DNA of 64,000 bases, from the NCBI RefSeq assembly GCF_024521635.1, contig NW_026250422.1:558001-622000 (forward strand). The letters are read 5' to 3'. The stretch is from Tricharina praecox (taxonomy: Eukaryota). This document shows positions 10,349-22,421 of the stretch, one piece after another (positions within the stretch are counted from its first letter, which is position 1; every line of letters begins with the position of its first letter). Position numbers and translations under genes: made by a program. The notes beneath the pieces were generated by a model. It had not been told where the DNA came from. It made no database searches and saw nothing but the letters and a program-made list of their open reading frames with translations.

Positions 10349-11950
10349 TCATGACGTGAGATCCAGCGCCCATGTTGGGGGTATCCCGCCCGCTCTGTAC
10401 ACCTCAACACCAGCAACCCATACATTCATAGTATTCCTGTCGTCACCATTGTACACCCACTTCGCCACCTTTTCCTCCCAGCTCTCAAAGCCAAAGATAT
10501 CCACCGGTCCGCCGTCGAGCCCGAAATCTATCCCGGCTGTGAGAGGTTTGGATTCGCCATCTTTCACTGCCCCCTCTCCGTCGACACCGTTGGGCGCCTC
10601 GTCTTCGGAACATGAGCCATCGAATGGCAGGAGCATCTTCTCCCTGCCAATATCTTCATCCTCGTCCGACTCCGGTCTCGGTCGTTTCCTGCAGAGCTCG
10701 GATTCCACCGCTGGAGCCTCTTGCTCGGGCACATTACCCATGCCCACCATGAACGCATCCCACTGCATGCCGACCTCGAACGTACCAATCTTGTCTCCCA
10801 ATCCGACCACATCAGCACCGCCTCGAGTAGCGAGATACAGCGCCTCTGTAACGCTCAGTTTCGCCTCCTCGCCATCCATCAACGCAACCATCCTGCTGAC
10901 AAGCGTCGCCTGCCGCACCGACTCGAGGATGCTGGGCGAATAACCGCCGCTCACATCCGTTCCGAGGCCGACCTTGATGCCCTTCTTCATCAACGCCTTG
11001 ACCTTGGCGCAGCCACTCGTCAACGCCAAGTTCGACACCGGACAGTGACTAATCTTCGCGTCTCGCACACGGATGAGCTCGATCTCGTCGTCGGTAAGGT
11101 GTATAGCATGAGCTAGGATAGTGCGCTCATGCAGCAACCCGGCGGAATCGTAGACGTCGGCGTAGCTCTTCGAGGAGGCGAATAGCTCCTTCACCCATTC
11201 CACCTCTGCCTTGTTCTCCGAGATATGTGTCTGCACGGGCAAATTCTTCCGCTTCGCCAGATTGCCGAGCCCCACCAGCAGTTTGGGTGAGCAGCAAGGA
11301 GCGAATCGCGGCGTGACGATGGGACACACAAGTTTCCGCTCGGGATCTACCTGTCGGCAGTGCTCAATGCAAGCTTCGGTATCCCTAATCGCCGTTTCCG
11401 CATCCGCGTCCCGATAGTAGTCCGGCGTCTTCTGGTCCATACAGCACCTGCCAATAAACGCGCGTTGCCCTGCTTTCAAACACAGATCGGCGAGCAGATT
11501 GGTGCTCTCCACATTCCTCGTAGCAAAATACGCCGCAGTGGTAGTTCCATTCGCCAGTGTCCTCGCAATGCACCTGCCGTACACTCGCCTAGCCACGTCC
11601 GTATCCGCCAACGACGCCTCCAGCGGGAACGTATACTCCTCGAGCCACTCGAGCAACGACGACTTCCCGAACAGACCCGCGTTCGGATACTGGCCCGCGT
11701 GAATGTGGGTATCCACGAACCCCGGAAAGAAGAATTCGTTGTTGCGGGGGCGGGTGAAGATCATCTCAGCGCCGGACCACTCTTCGAGGTCGTTGTTGAG
11801 GCGGGCGTCGGGCGAGGAGGCGTCGTGGTCGATGTGTACTATGGTGCCGGATTGGTCGACGAAGATCGCCCCATTCTCGAGGATCGAGAGCACGCTGGGT
11901 GATGGCGTGTGCACGAATGTCCCCGTGAAAATCTTGCGTCGCCCTATCAT
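10349..11950 (-). CDS. GUD1: guanine deaminase (amidohydrolase family)
   Basis: PGFVDTHIHAGQY, LLEWLEEYTFPLE, GTTTAAYFAT, TPRFAP, QTHISEN, LAHAIHL, HCPVSN, GLGTDVSGG, GDDRN; single exon. Confidence 0.95.
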   Translation of the reverse strand: MIGRRKIFTGTFVHTPSPSVLSILENGAIFVDQSGTIVHIDHDASSPDARLNNDLEEWSGAEMIFTRPRNNEFFFPGFVDTHIHAGQYPNAGLFGKSSLLEWLEEYTFPLEASLADTDVARRVYGRCIARTLANGTTTAAYFATRNVESTNLLADLCLKAGQRAFIGRCCMDQKTPDYYRDADAETAIRDTEACIEHCRQVDPERKLVCPIVTPRFAPCCSPKLLVGLGNLAKRKNLPVQTHISENKAEVEWVKELFASSKSYADVYDSAGLLHERTILAHAIHLTDDEIELIRVRDAKISHCPVSNLALTSGCAKVKALMKKGIKVGLGTDVSGGYSPSILESVRQATLVSRMVALMDGEEAKLSVTEALYLATRGGADVVGLGDKIGTFEVGMQWDAFMVGMGNVPEQEAPAVESELCRKRPRPESDEDEDIGREKMLLPFDGSCSEDEAPNGVDGEGAVKDGESKPLTAGIDFGLDGGPVDIFGFESWEEKVAKWVYNGDDRNTMNVWVAGVEVYRAGGIPPTWALDLTS

Positions 11951-12820
11951 GATGTGAAGTTCTGTTGAAATATCGCGAGTGCCCGCGTAGTAGTATCAAG
12001 AATAAAAGATAGAGCAATCCCAAGTGTACGAGGCGTGTATTCCGGCAGTCGACGGACGAGGAGTAGGTGACAGTAGGAGGACGGAAGGCTGGGGGGTAGT
12101 TATACCACGAGTCGGCCGAACGAGAGACACGAGGCGGTGGATGGGTTGGTGGATTAAGGAAGCTCTTCGGAGAATGAATGCCGAGCCCCGGCGGCGACGC
12201 GCTGGTGGATGGAAGAGAGTTAAGTCACAACGCATGCAGTGTACGTTTCCCATTGCTGGCCCGCAGCCCATAGAGTATGGTAGATGCTGCCTATCGATTA
12301 TTACAGACGAACAGTTGCCCTTATCGCTCGTTGTTTCAGAATGTCATAGAGTGCGATGACCTCAGACAATCAAAGGGTATATATGTACTGGTATGTGAAT
12401 ATCGGCTTTGGGCGCCGAGAATCGGGTTGCAGCGAAACGATGATGGCTGGCGGCGAATCCCGAGACCCTGGACAGGAACAAAGGGACAGGCATTGGCCAG
12501 ATTCGATACGTATCGAGTACATAGTACCTGCAGTCTGCAGATAGCCATCGACACAGATGGGGATGAACTTCTGGGAAACCATTCTAAATTTGTAACATAA
12601 CTCGTAGTGTACACTATTCTAGACCTCTTGTATAGTCGGCCTAAAACCCATGTATGTACACAAATCCTAACGAAATCGGATATCCATTCGTAGTTCCAGA
12701 AGCTCATGCTATGGCTTCGTTACTCCCTCTCCCCGCAAAAAGCAAGTAAAAAGTAACACCATCCTATGCGATGCCCAACCTTCAAAATCCCAATTCCCTG
12801 ACCAGCAAACAAATAGTTTC

Positions 12821-15800
12821 CTAGATACTCGCCCGTCTCGGCGCCACCATCCGCAGCATGTTCCTCCCTCTGATGCCGTCCACCCCCGAATCCTTTGGCA
12901 AGATCCCCTTCTCAGCCGCTTCCTGCAGGAACTTCTTCCCGAACTCGTAGCCAACCGCGCATATCTCCTCAAACTTGCCGAAATCCAAGGTTCCGTAGGC
13001 ATCGATGGGCGGCCGCATATATAGGCAGCCCGGCGACTGCTTCGCACGCTCCAGGGCATCCACCGAGGAAACGTATGCTAGCCTTGCCTGGATTTCTGCC
13101 AGTGTGGGAGGGTTGGGATAGGGTGAGAAGGGATTCCAACTGTGGGGGTCAGTCAGCATTATAGAAATGGGCGCAGAGTGGGTGGTCGCCGACAACATAC
13201 CGATTCACGAAGGCCCAGAAGCCTGACAGCGAGTCTCCAAATGCCTGGGGTGTCTGGTCATCCACACTACCCACATCAATTGCAAATATAGTCTCGGCTC
13301 CAAGGGATTTCATGTGGGCCACCGTAAGGTTGTCGACGTAGCCGCCGTCCAGCAGCATATCCCCCTCGTCACAGAGTGGAGGCAGGAGACCTGCGAGTGA
13401 CATCGAAGCGCGAATATACCGCCAAGCATAGCCACTCGTGTGTATTTCCATTCGGCTCTTGCTGATGCTTGTCGTATTGCAGTAAAACTCGAGCCAGAAA
13501 TCCTCAATTTGAGAATTCCCAAAAGTTTTGAAGATTCCACGGTTGAACTCATGGCCAGTTGTGTATGAGCAGGAGGGATACGTCAGATCAAGCACAAACC
13601 GCCACAAACTTGCCATGCGCCCCGAGAATCGCTTTGCGTGGCCATAGACGGGAACGATATCTGCGTCGCGCGAGTACAGAGCACCAATAAAGGCACCGAT
13701 CGAGGTACCGCCTACAACATCAATCGGAATCCCAGCCTCTTCCAAGGCTCTGATGACACCCAGGTGCGCAATACCTCTGGCGCCGCCGCCACCCAGCACT
13801 AGCCCAATACTCTTACCGGTCAACCGTCTGGCAATCCTGTGAAAGTCGCTCTTTGCCGTAGACCCAGCAGGATATATAGGAGTCTTGCCCGATCGCCTAG
13901 TTGCATATTTGGCTACCTCTGCTTGAAGAATGCGTACCCTCTGCTTTAACGCTGACCCGAATTTCTGGCTCGCATTCGTATTGATCGCTGGTCCTGGAGA
14001 CGTCTTGTATGACATTTGTACGTGGTGATGGCCGCCATTGACCCACATACGGTTCTTGAGCCATTGCCGGGTCAGGCCAGGCGGGCAGTATCGGTCAGGG
14101 TGAAGGAGAATCAGCTCTTTGCGGGCAGTTGTCTTCATGCCGACAAGAAATCGTTCGTACTCGCCGATGTTTGGTGATGACTCCGCGAGACCAATGAGGA
14201 GAATACAGTCGGCTTGGGAGATACAGGTCTGTGTCCATGGCGCATTGACACTGGTGTCTGCAACATAGAGGACCATGCCGTACTTCTCCTCGAGATCCGC
14301 AAGGTAACCTTGGAGCTTTAGCTTTCCCATCCGCGAGAATGCATGGCGTCCCAGGTGGTTTAATATAGCCGACTGGTTGAGTACAGTGACACCGTTGGCA
14401 GTACCGATCTGCGTGAGGGCGTTCGAAAGACGATGGGAGAACTCCATAACCGGCACTCCAGCAGTCACCGGCAGGACACAAACAGTGCGTAAATTCATTG
14501 TCGAAGACACTTTCTTGGTTGGAGAACTTCCAACTCTGGCCGACCCTTGCTCAATCAACGGATCGTCGATCAGCTGGCGCATGCGAGAGGCAATAATTTT
14601 CGAGATCTGAATGGTGATCCCAGGATGCTCTAGAGCCAGGCTATTGAAGAGGGTCTTCGGGAACCGAGCGACCTCCGTGTCTCGAATTGCATGAAGGGTT
14701 GCAGGCCGTGTGCTTTCCGTCATAACTTCCAGTTCGCCAACACTCTCACCCTGCCCAAACTCCCCGACCACCCGCATTGTGCCGTTATCATTCTCCTGGA
14801 TTGCTCTGAGACGACCATTAAGAACGATGTATATAGCATCGCTCTCGTCGCCTTGGTGATGAATCACCTGACCGGCGTCGACCTGCAGCCATTCTAGCGC
14901 AAAGTCTATATGCAGGATCAAACGCGGAAGCAAGCTGGTCAATCTTTTCGCCATTGTGAGCAAGACAACCGGATGCCTTTCCGTTATTCTCTCCAACGCA
15001 GCTCGCGGGAGAAACCCGACATAAACATCGGTTTTGGCCGTTACGTCTATGAAACTCCGATACGAGGTGATGCTGCCGATATAGCCAGCCACACCGCCAG
15101 GCTTGATCATAAACAAGCTCTTCTGGGTCCTCGTGGGCTTGCCATTTGTCCGTGTCCGCGACGTCGATCTTGCTGAAAAGGACGAGTTGGTTGCCGTGCG
15201 GTTGAGCGATTCTCTGTCAGCACCAGCCTCCGAGTGGTTATCTCCAAAGATGTTCTGGCTCATAGTCGCCTTGCCGTCGACAGGTATGGATACATCCAGG
15301 AAACCATCGATAACATAATACAACCCTGGATCCCTCTCTCCTTGCTCAACCAGAACAGAGCCCTCGGGGAAAAACACAATCTCCACATCGTCCTTGAGCT
15401 CCGCTCGAACCGAGCCGATACCGCCACCGCCGCTAGTTGATGCAGCGGAAGCACTGGTAACACTCTCTGTATCCCCATCGCTTCCCTCCAGCATGTCCAG
15501 CTGCCCAAACGCGTTGGTAAACGTTGCCTTCTGCCGCCGTGCATCGTAGGATAGCAGTCTCGGACTAGCATCGCCACTTTCCGTGCCGGCTTTCTGGCTG
15601 CTCGTGAATCCGGTCAAGCCGATAGCCTTGAACATACACTCCAATACAGCCTCCCGAAACTCCGAATCCTCGTTTTCGGCTCTCCGGTCGTTCAGGAATT
15701 TAGCTGCGCTGTGTGCGAACGGATCGAATGCACGATGCGTCATTGGCGTATCCATCGGCCGAAGGCTGGCAGGATCCCAGGGTTCGTTGAACGGAGATCG

Positions 15801-17390
15801 TCTCTTCGGCATAGGCGATATTAGGGGACGGTCTTCTGAGGGGGGCCCCTGCTGGAAGGGAGACGGCGCAGTGTCCAGAGCCGGCGATGGAATCCCTCGT
15901 GCGGCAGCCAGTCGAGCGTGAATAGCAGCCTCCTTCCGGAGAGCAGCACTTGATCGCCGCCGCTTTCCTCCGGCCTTGGGATTGTGCAGTACAATCCCCT
16001 TGATAGAATCGTCTGCATCCGACCGTTCTTGCTCGCGTCGAAACTTCTCCTTCAGTCTATCGAGGGCACCTCCTCGCAGGTGGTTTGGCAGCTCATACAT
16101 GGTGTACCGGTTCATAAATTTCTCAGTTCTCAGCACCTCCGCAGTCAGACCAAGGTAGTTATATCCAGTCAGGAATGTGACGCGCTGAAAGCGGGCAAGA
16201 ATGACCTGGACGATGTGTGCCGACGCTTTGGGGAACATTCTCGTGAGCCGCCGGAAAGCCGACGCCGGGATTACCGCAATGGTTGTATCCACTGTGGCGC
16301 GAGCAAGAATGTCTGGATGCACGGACTTTGGTCTCTTGATCTTTGGTCGCTGTGGCCGCTCGCCATCGTCAAGTGACAGATGCGGCACAGGCAGCAGTGG
16401 CCCGCGGCTATGAGATCTTATTGGACTGTGTTCTCTGTCTACTGGACTAGTCCGATGGCTCATCGACAACTGGTCCAAGTTTATCATGCTGCTGCTGGTG
16501 GAGAGGCCACCATCGTCCTCGTCTTCATGGCGCAGCTTGATGTCTTCTGTAAACAGACTCAGGATCGTGAACAGACTGCTCATCGGCGCACCATTCTTGA
16601 CTTCAGTAAGTAGCTGGTACCCATCCGCCGTCTCCGAACCCTCCTCTTCATCGTGAAACGCTCCACCCCCACCGTAATGCGCGGAGGCGGTGCCATGCAT
16701 CTCCCGATTAGACTTGACAAAGATCTGTACGAGGCCGTCGACTACAATGCAGAAACCCTTCTCTTCTTCCAGCATCAAAGTTTCCCCCGCGATCAGCTTT
16801 CTCGTTTGCATACTTCGCGTCAACTCGTGGAACACAGGCCTCTCCAAATATCCAAACACCTTGATAGCACTCAGAAACTCGTCGAGGTAGCTTGAGAAGC
16901 CCGGTTTCGAGTCGCCTTCCTGGGAATCGGGAAAGAGATCTATCTCCGGGTCCTTGCGTTGCGGTTCCGGGGGCAACCGATTGTAGTTATTCAACACCTT
17001 GTAGCGGACGGCCCAGGAGACTATCGAGCCAAAGACGAGGAATATGATCATGCTGCGGCAACGCATGTTAGCCTAGTTTGCGCGAAACAAGATGCAGAAA
17101 TCAGAAGCCTATCTATACAGAGTGGTAAAGTTCATCGTAAACGTCAACGACATGCTGAACAGCGTAAATAACCAGGCGGGGAGGGTATATGTGGCAAATT
17201 TGGTGGTCGCGAAGGCGATGCGCTGAAGGAGGTACACAGTCGAGTAGACCAGCGACAGCGTGAGCCAGAAGATATTGGGATCATCCGGTGGGGGTGCTCT
17301 TGCGGCCAGTGCTGAGGACGTTGGAGACGACTGTAGTAAGGATGTAGCCACTGCAGAGGCAGCCGCCGACAACGGGCTGGAAACGTTCAT
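12821..17390 (-). CDS. NTE1: lysophospholipase / neuropathy target esterase homologue
   Basis: N-terminal TMs, cNMP-binding domains, patatin motifs GGGARG, GTSIG and DGG, C-terminal RRASI. Introns near 17067-17118 and 13143-13200. Confidence 0.95.
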
Positions 17391-18442
17391 GGCGAGCTGT
17401 TGACCGGTAGAGTGAGATGGTGTTCGAGGATGCGAGCGTAGGGTGTGATGTACTCGTACACTGCTTTATGTACGCCTCGTGCTCGGAGGTGTGTGTGAAA
17501 CGCGGGATGCAGCAACACGCATGTGGCCGGCAGTAGGTCAACTGGACGTGACGGAGTGCTTGGGGCTTTTGCTTTTTCGGAACGTGTCAACGACGATGCT
17601 CAAACGGTTGCCAGTGCATGGAGACGTAAGATGGGCGGGCTTTGGCGGGCGGAAAAGGCCATTTGCAGGCGACGTTGTTGGATGCCGTGGTGGGTCGTGA
17701 CGCACGTGCAAATCGACAAGGCCCTTGAATCCGGCTGATCCTTATCCATCACCCCGACCACTTCTCTACTACATACAACAGCTCAAAAACCCCCACCATA
17801 TACCGGTAGCAAAACCCAACTCTTTTTCAACACCTCACCACCACACAAATTATTTCTTAAACCATCAACTGCGGCACAAGTTCGAGAAACCACTTACCAG
17901 CCGATGACACCTCCGACCAGAGCCGAGGCCTGGAGAGCTTTTCATCGGCGAAGCCCACGGACAGAGAGCACCTAAATCCTACTTTCCTCGCATGGTCGCC
18001 TCAATAGTCAAAGGATCCTGCCATATACGTGGAGATGGGAACGATCGATTGTGCTCGGCATCTGAACCTTCAGCTAGTCCAGCTCGTCCAGCTCGCTCAC
18101 TCGTTGACGCGCGGTTCACAACCTTATATGGACCGAGCTGCCTAGTAGCTACAGGCACGGCCCACGAGATCCTTAGTTTACTGACCCCACATATCCAGTT
18201 ACTCATTCATAGTAGTAAGAGGAAGGATTGCAGGAAGTTCACATCTTCCGCCCCGTCGGGTAGATGGTATTGACGGTCCGGACTGGCCGGTATATGGTGT
18301 CAATTACTGTTTACCAGAAGAGGCACGAATAACCTCAACCTTCTCCAAAGTTTAGCTCTTATCTCCACTCCTCTCCCGGCCCTCCGCCATTCTGCCTCTC
18401 AGCTCCCGTCTCATCCGCTCTCTACCGTCAGCCAGAAACGAA

Positions 18443-18754
18443 ATGCCCTCCTTCCATCCTTCCAGCTTCATAACACTCCAACCACCGGCGAAAGCGCTCA
18501 TCCGCGACACGCGAATCCCACTACCAGCATTCTATCCGGACCTGCAGCAGCAGCGGGAGATTATCGAGCGGCTATCGGCCGAGAATCACAACCTCCGGGA
18601 ACTACTGGACGAAGCTGTTGGCATGGTCGAGCACGCGCATCAGGATATTGCTAAGAGGGAGGAAGCTTTGGTTGTTGCTCAGAAGGCGATGGAGATGTCG
18701 AGGGGGAGGGAGGATGGGGGCGATAGGATGGCTACGGCGGGGGATGGGTCATGA
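18443..18754 (+). CDS. hypothetical 103-aa protein with predicted coiled coil
   Basis: Pyrimidine-rich leader, AAAATG context, heptad-like LQQQREIIERLSAENHNLRELLDEA; no family recognised. Confidence 0.45.
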   Translation: MPSFHPSSFITLQPPAKALIRDTRIPLPAFYPDLQQQREIIERLSAENHNLRELLDEAVGMVEHAHQDIAKREEALVVAQKAMEMSRGREDGGDRMATAGDGS

Positions 18755-19155
18755 GATGGCATTAGTATGTCAAGAAATCTTGGTCAGTTATGATCGCTCG
18801 TTATCGGTATTGCTTCTTGTCTGCAGCACTGTTGCTGGCTGCCGTAGCAAAAAGAAATGAAAGCAAAGCAAAAGCAAAGGATATGAATGTTCCACCACCA
18901 CACCAGCATGCATCTTGTCCGTCCCTCCAAACTCCCACACATTCATCCCAATGTCCCAGAAATCGGTCGTGGCATGCAAAAATGAAGCTCGTCATAAAAA
19001 AAAGCACAATAATCGATCGAACGTATCCAGTCAAAAAAAAACCCCGCGAGTTCGAGTCCCGGTCCCTCCTCCCTCTCCCAAACAATGTAAACATGGAGCC
19101 AACTAACCACTTCCGCCGTCGTGCCGGACGTGTAGCTGGCCGCTAGGCGAGCTTG

Positions 19156-19839
19156 CTACTCCATGATAGTTCCGATGCTCAAGTCGGGTTTATTCTTATC
19201 TGCATAGTCAATCAGCTCCACCTCATCCCACCTATTCGTTGGAATCCAAAGAGCAAGCAAGCAAGGAAAAAAAGACAGAAAGACATGGGGATGGGTACTA
19301 ACGAAACCGTAAAGGAACCCTCCTCATTACGAGCATCAGCGGGGCATACGTACAGAAGGCCACGAAATCCTTGCAGTCCAGGAATTTGTCTTTTGGATCT
19401 GGGTAGTACCAGGCGCCGTCCGGTATCACCGTCTCACCCACCTCAATATTGTAGTACGAGCATTCCCCCTTCCATGGACAGTATGATTTCGTGGTGGAGG
19501 GCTTAAGGTATTGGTAGTTCACCGCGCTGTGGGGGGATCACAAGAAGTGTCAATCATCGCACTGTAAACCGTAACGAGGAGATGATCTGGGGCAGAGAGA
19601 GGGATCACTCACGCCGGAGGGAACTAAAGTACATCACACAAGTCAGCACTCTGGATCCCAAGCATCGATACCAATGTACCCGCGGGAATATAACACAAAA
19701 TCGCAAGCAAAAGGGAATACTGAAGGCTGGGTGGGTACCAAGTCGGGCGGCTCACGTAGACATTGTCCTCCACCTTTTCATATAGGTTCGACTCCGCAAC
19801 AATCGTACCGTTCACTTTGGCAACAGCCACTGGAGGCAT
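19156..19839 (-). CDS. DUF427 (NTP_transf_9) domain protein
   Basis: Spliced: MPPVAVAKVNGTIVAES..VEDNVY|FPPA|AVNYQYLKPSTTKSYCPWKGECSYYNI..AWYYPDPK..KDFVAF|YKNKPDLSIGTIME*. Exons 19839-19756, 19623-19613, 19526-19354, ~19199-19156. Confidence 0.9.
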
Positions 19840-21300
19840 CGTTTCGAAGCTGGTGAGGGTGAGGGTGAGGTGAGGTGGAAAGTGTATGGATGGATGGACT
19901 AGGAGCTGTATGTAGTTCACTGAGAATTATCAGGACGGACTGTCGAGTTCGAACGAAGCAGGTAGAGTTTAACCGTATCGGCTCGCGGAAGGCGTAGTGT
20001 CGTTGTGGATTGGCAGAGGAGGAACGACGAGCGGGGGAGAATGAGGTGGGCGCGAATAAGGAATCCGCCTGCTAGTAGGTGGAAAGAGAGTATTAGAGTA
20101 GCTCCGGAAAAACTGCAGCGGCCCTATCTCGAAGGATAAATCGCAACAAGGGGAATTGCGGGGAGGGGCTGAAGAGGGTGCAAGAGGGCGCAAGAAAGAG
20201 GGTTCAGGCGTCCGGCAGGAGTGCACAAGCAATGTTGCGCCCTCCAAACTAAAAGAAGTGGGGTTCCCGACGTCATTGATTGCTCGCAGAGCCTCCTTGC
20301 ATGGTCCATGGTCCGCATCCAACTGACTCTCCTTCCTCCTCTCCACGAGTCATTTTCTGCGGATAGAGTACTCGCATATATGCCTCGTTTACACAGCTCG
20401 AGAATGTTCTGCCATCGCTCGATGTCGTCGATATCGGTGCTCATCAACAGGCATAATTAAACAGATAAAAGCCGCAGCACGGTTTGGAGCTTGAGAACGT
20501 TCGCCATCAAGCACTTATATGTACGGAGTACCTCCAGCCAGCTATCTCTATTGAAAATAACGAAGAGTACAAGTTTCTTGTATACACACAGTACCAAGCC
20601 GCGCATGCATGCGCTTACCTTTGGCTGATATAAGACACAGGTCGAATCCAAGACATCGGGACGATAACGTACGGCTACAACTATACTCTCTTGAGACAAT
20701 CTTATCTACCGACAGCTTCGGCAACCCGCGAAGAACATTCGACGGTACGACCACAAATGATCACTCGGTGGCTCACAGCCACTGAGCAGTTGTCCTACAG
20801 AGGCGCAGCATGGACTACCTATCGCAACTGCATCCGGATAGCTGGCATTCCGGATTCCTCACTTGCCGGATGTAGAACGAACAGAGCACCCAGATCACGA
20901 GTATAGCGACAAGATGCACAAGAGAGTACATGATTTACAAATCCCCCCCTTGTGATTAATTATGTTGAGATATTCTAAGTACTTCTTAAGTCGTTCCAGT
21001 TTCCGTGCGTAAGTATGTGGGGGGAAGAGGAAGAACCCTCCCCAGACGATATCATGATGCCCCAATCAACCCCTCTCCCCTCCCCCCACTTCCCCAATCT
21101 AATAGCGAACATTATCGTTTCGCTCATTAAGACAGAACAGAAAAAAGCCAAAGGAACACCAGTAGACCGAACAATTAAAACGGCAAAAACAAAGTGTACA
21201 ATGACCGAGTGCGAACATCCGATCACCACCATCATCGCAACACCCTTCCTCCTCCCGAGCCGTTCACAGACCCTTCCATAGAACAAGGCAGAACAGTAAT

Positions 21301-22421
21301 TTACTGCACCTTTCTTGCCTTCGCCGCATCCTTGGCGATCTTGCGCTCTCTGCGCTTCTTGGCCGCCTCGGGACCGGCCTCAGTATCGAGCATGTAGTCC
21401 CACCACCTGAAGGAACTAGCGTAGTTGCCGACGAACTTTTCGTGGTGAACGTCGTGGTGCTCGGCGCCGGCCCAGAACGGCAAGAAGTGGTGCAAGCTCC
21501 AGGGGAACTCGTATCCGGAGTGGGCGTCGATAGCCTGGAACAGGCGGAACACGATCCAGAGGTAGACCGTCAAGATGTGCAGGTCTTGGGTGAAGTAGCA
21601 CCAAAGGAGAGGCGATCCGACGGTTCCGAGGCCGAGAGCCATAACTTCGATTGGTGACGCGTACTCGGCCGCGAGTCCGAAGGGGGCGGAGTAGGTGTGG
21701 TGAATCTTGTGCACGTACTTGTACAGCGGTCCCCAGTGGAAAGCGCGGTGGAACCAGTAGTGCCAGGTATCCTCCATGATGAAAAAGATCGCGATCTGGT
21801 AGGCCATCTTGGTCCAATGCGGGAACGGCACGCCGGTGTCCATGCCGAAGTACTTGCACATCGGGTGGAACAGCCAGATCTGAGGAAGCTCGACGGTGAA
21901 ATGAGAGAAAAGGACCATCTTGGTGCAACGCCATTGCTCGGCGGGAGTAGGAATCTTGGTCTGCATCAAAAGTCAGTAAACTGACCACATAGCGCATCGA
22001 AACAGGGGGCTGCTAGACTGACATCCTGAATCTTCCACCTGCGGAAGTAGGGGATAGCATCGATGATGATCCAAGGTAAAGAGCGGCCGAAGTAAACGAG
22101 CTCGTGCATCACAAACGACATGATACCTAGGTTTCACGGTTAGTCGCTGGTTCCGGCTGGAAGGAGAACTATGGGGTCAAACCTGTAGCGAGCGTATCGT
22201 TCTCCATGTACTGGTACCAAGCGGCCCAGAGGCGCTCAAAGATGTTGAGGTGCACATTGAGCTCTGAAATCTGCTCGTAGGCATTCCAGTACGCATTCAC
22301 GTCCGGGAGGATCGTGGTGAAGTTGGACCTGAACGCAAAGGGGGAAGACGTCAGTAGCTGTAGCAACGAAGACAAAAACGTGTTGCCTGTGCACCGCGCG
22401 AAGGGGGAGGTTTAAATACAT
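21301..22421 (-). CDS. ERG25: C-4 methylsterol oxidase
   Basis: His boxes [29 protein letters not shown]-terminal [33 protein letters not shown]; introns inferred, the first at 22329-22419. Confidence 0.95.
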
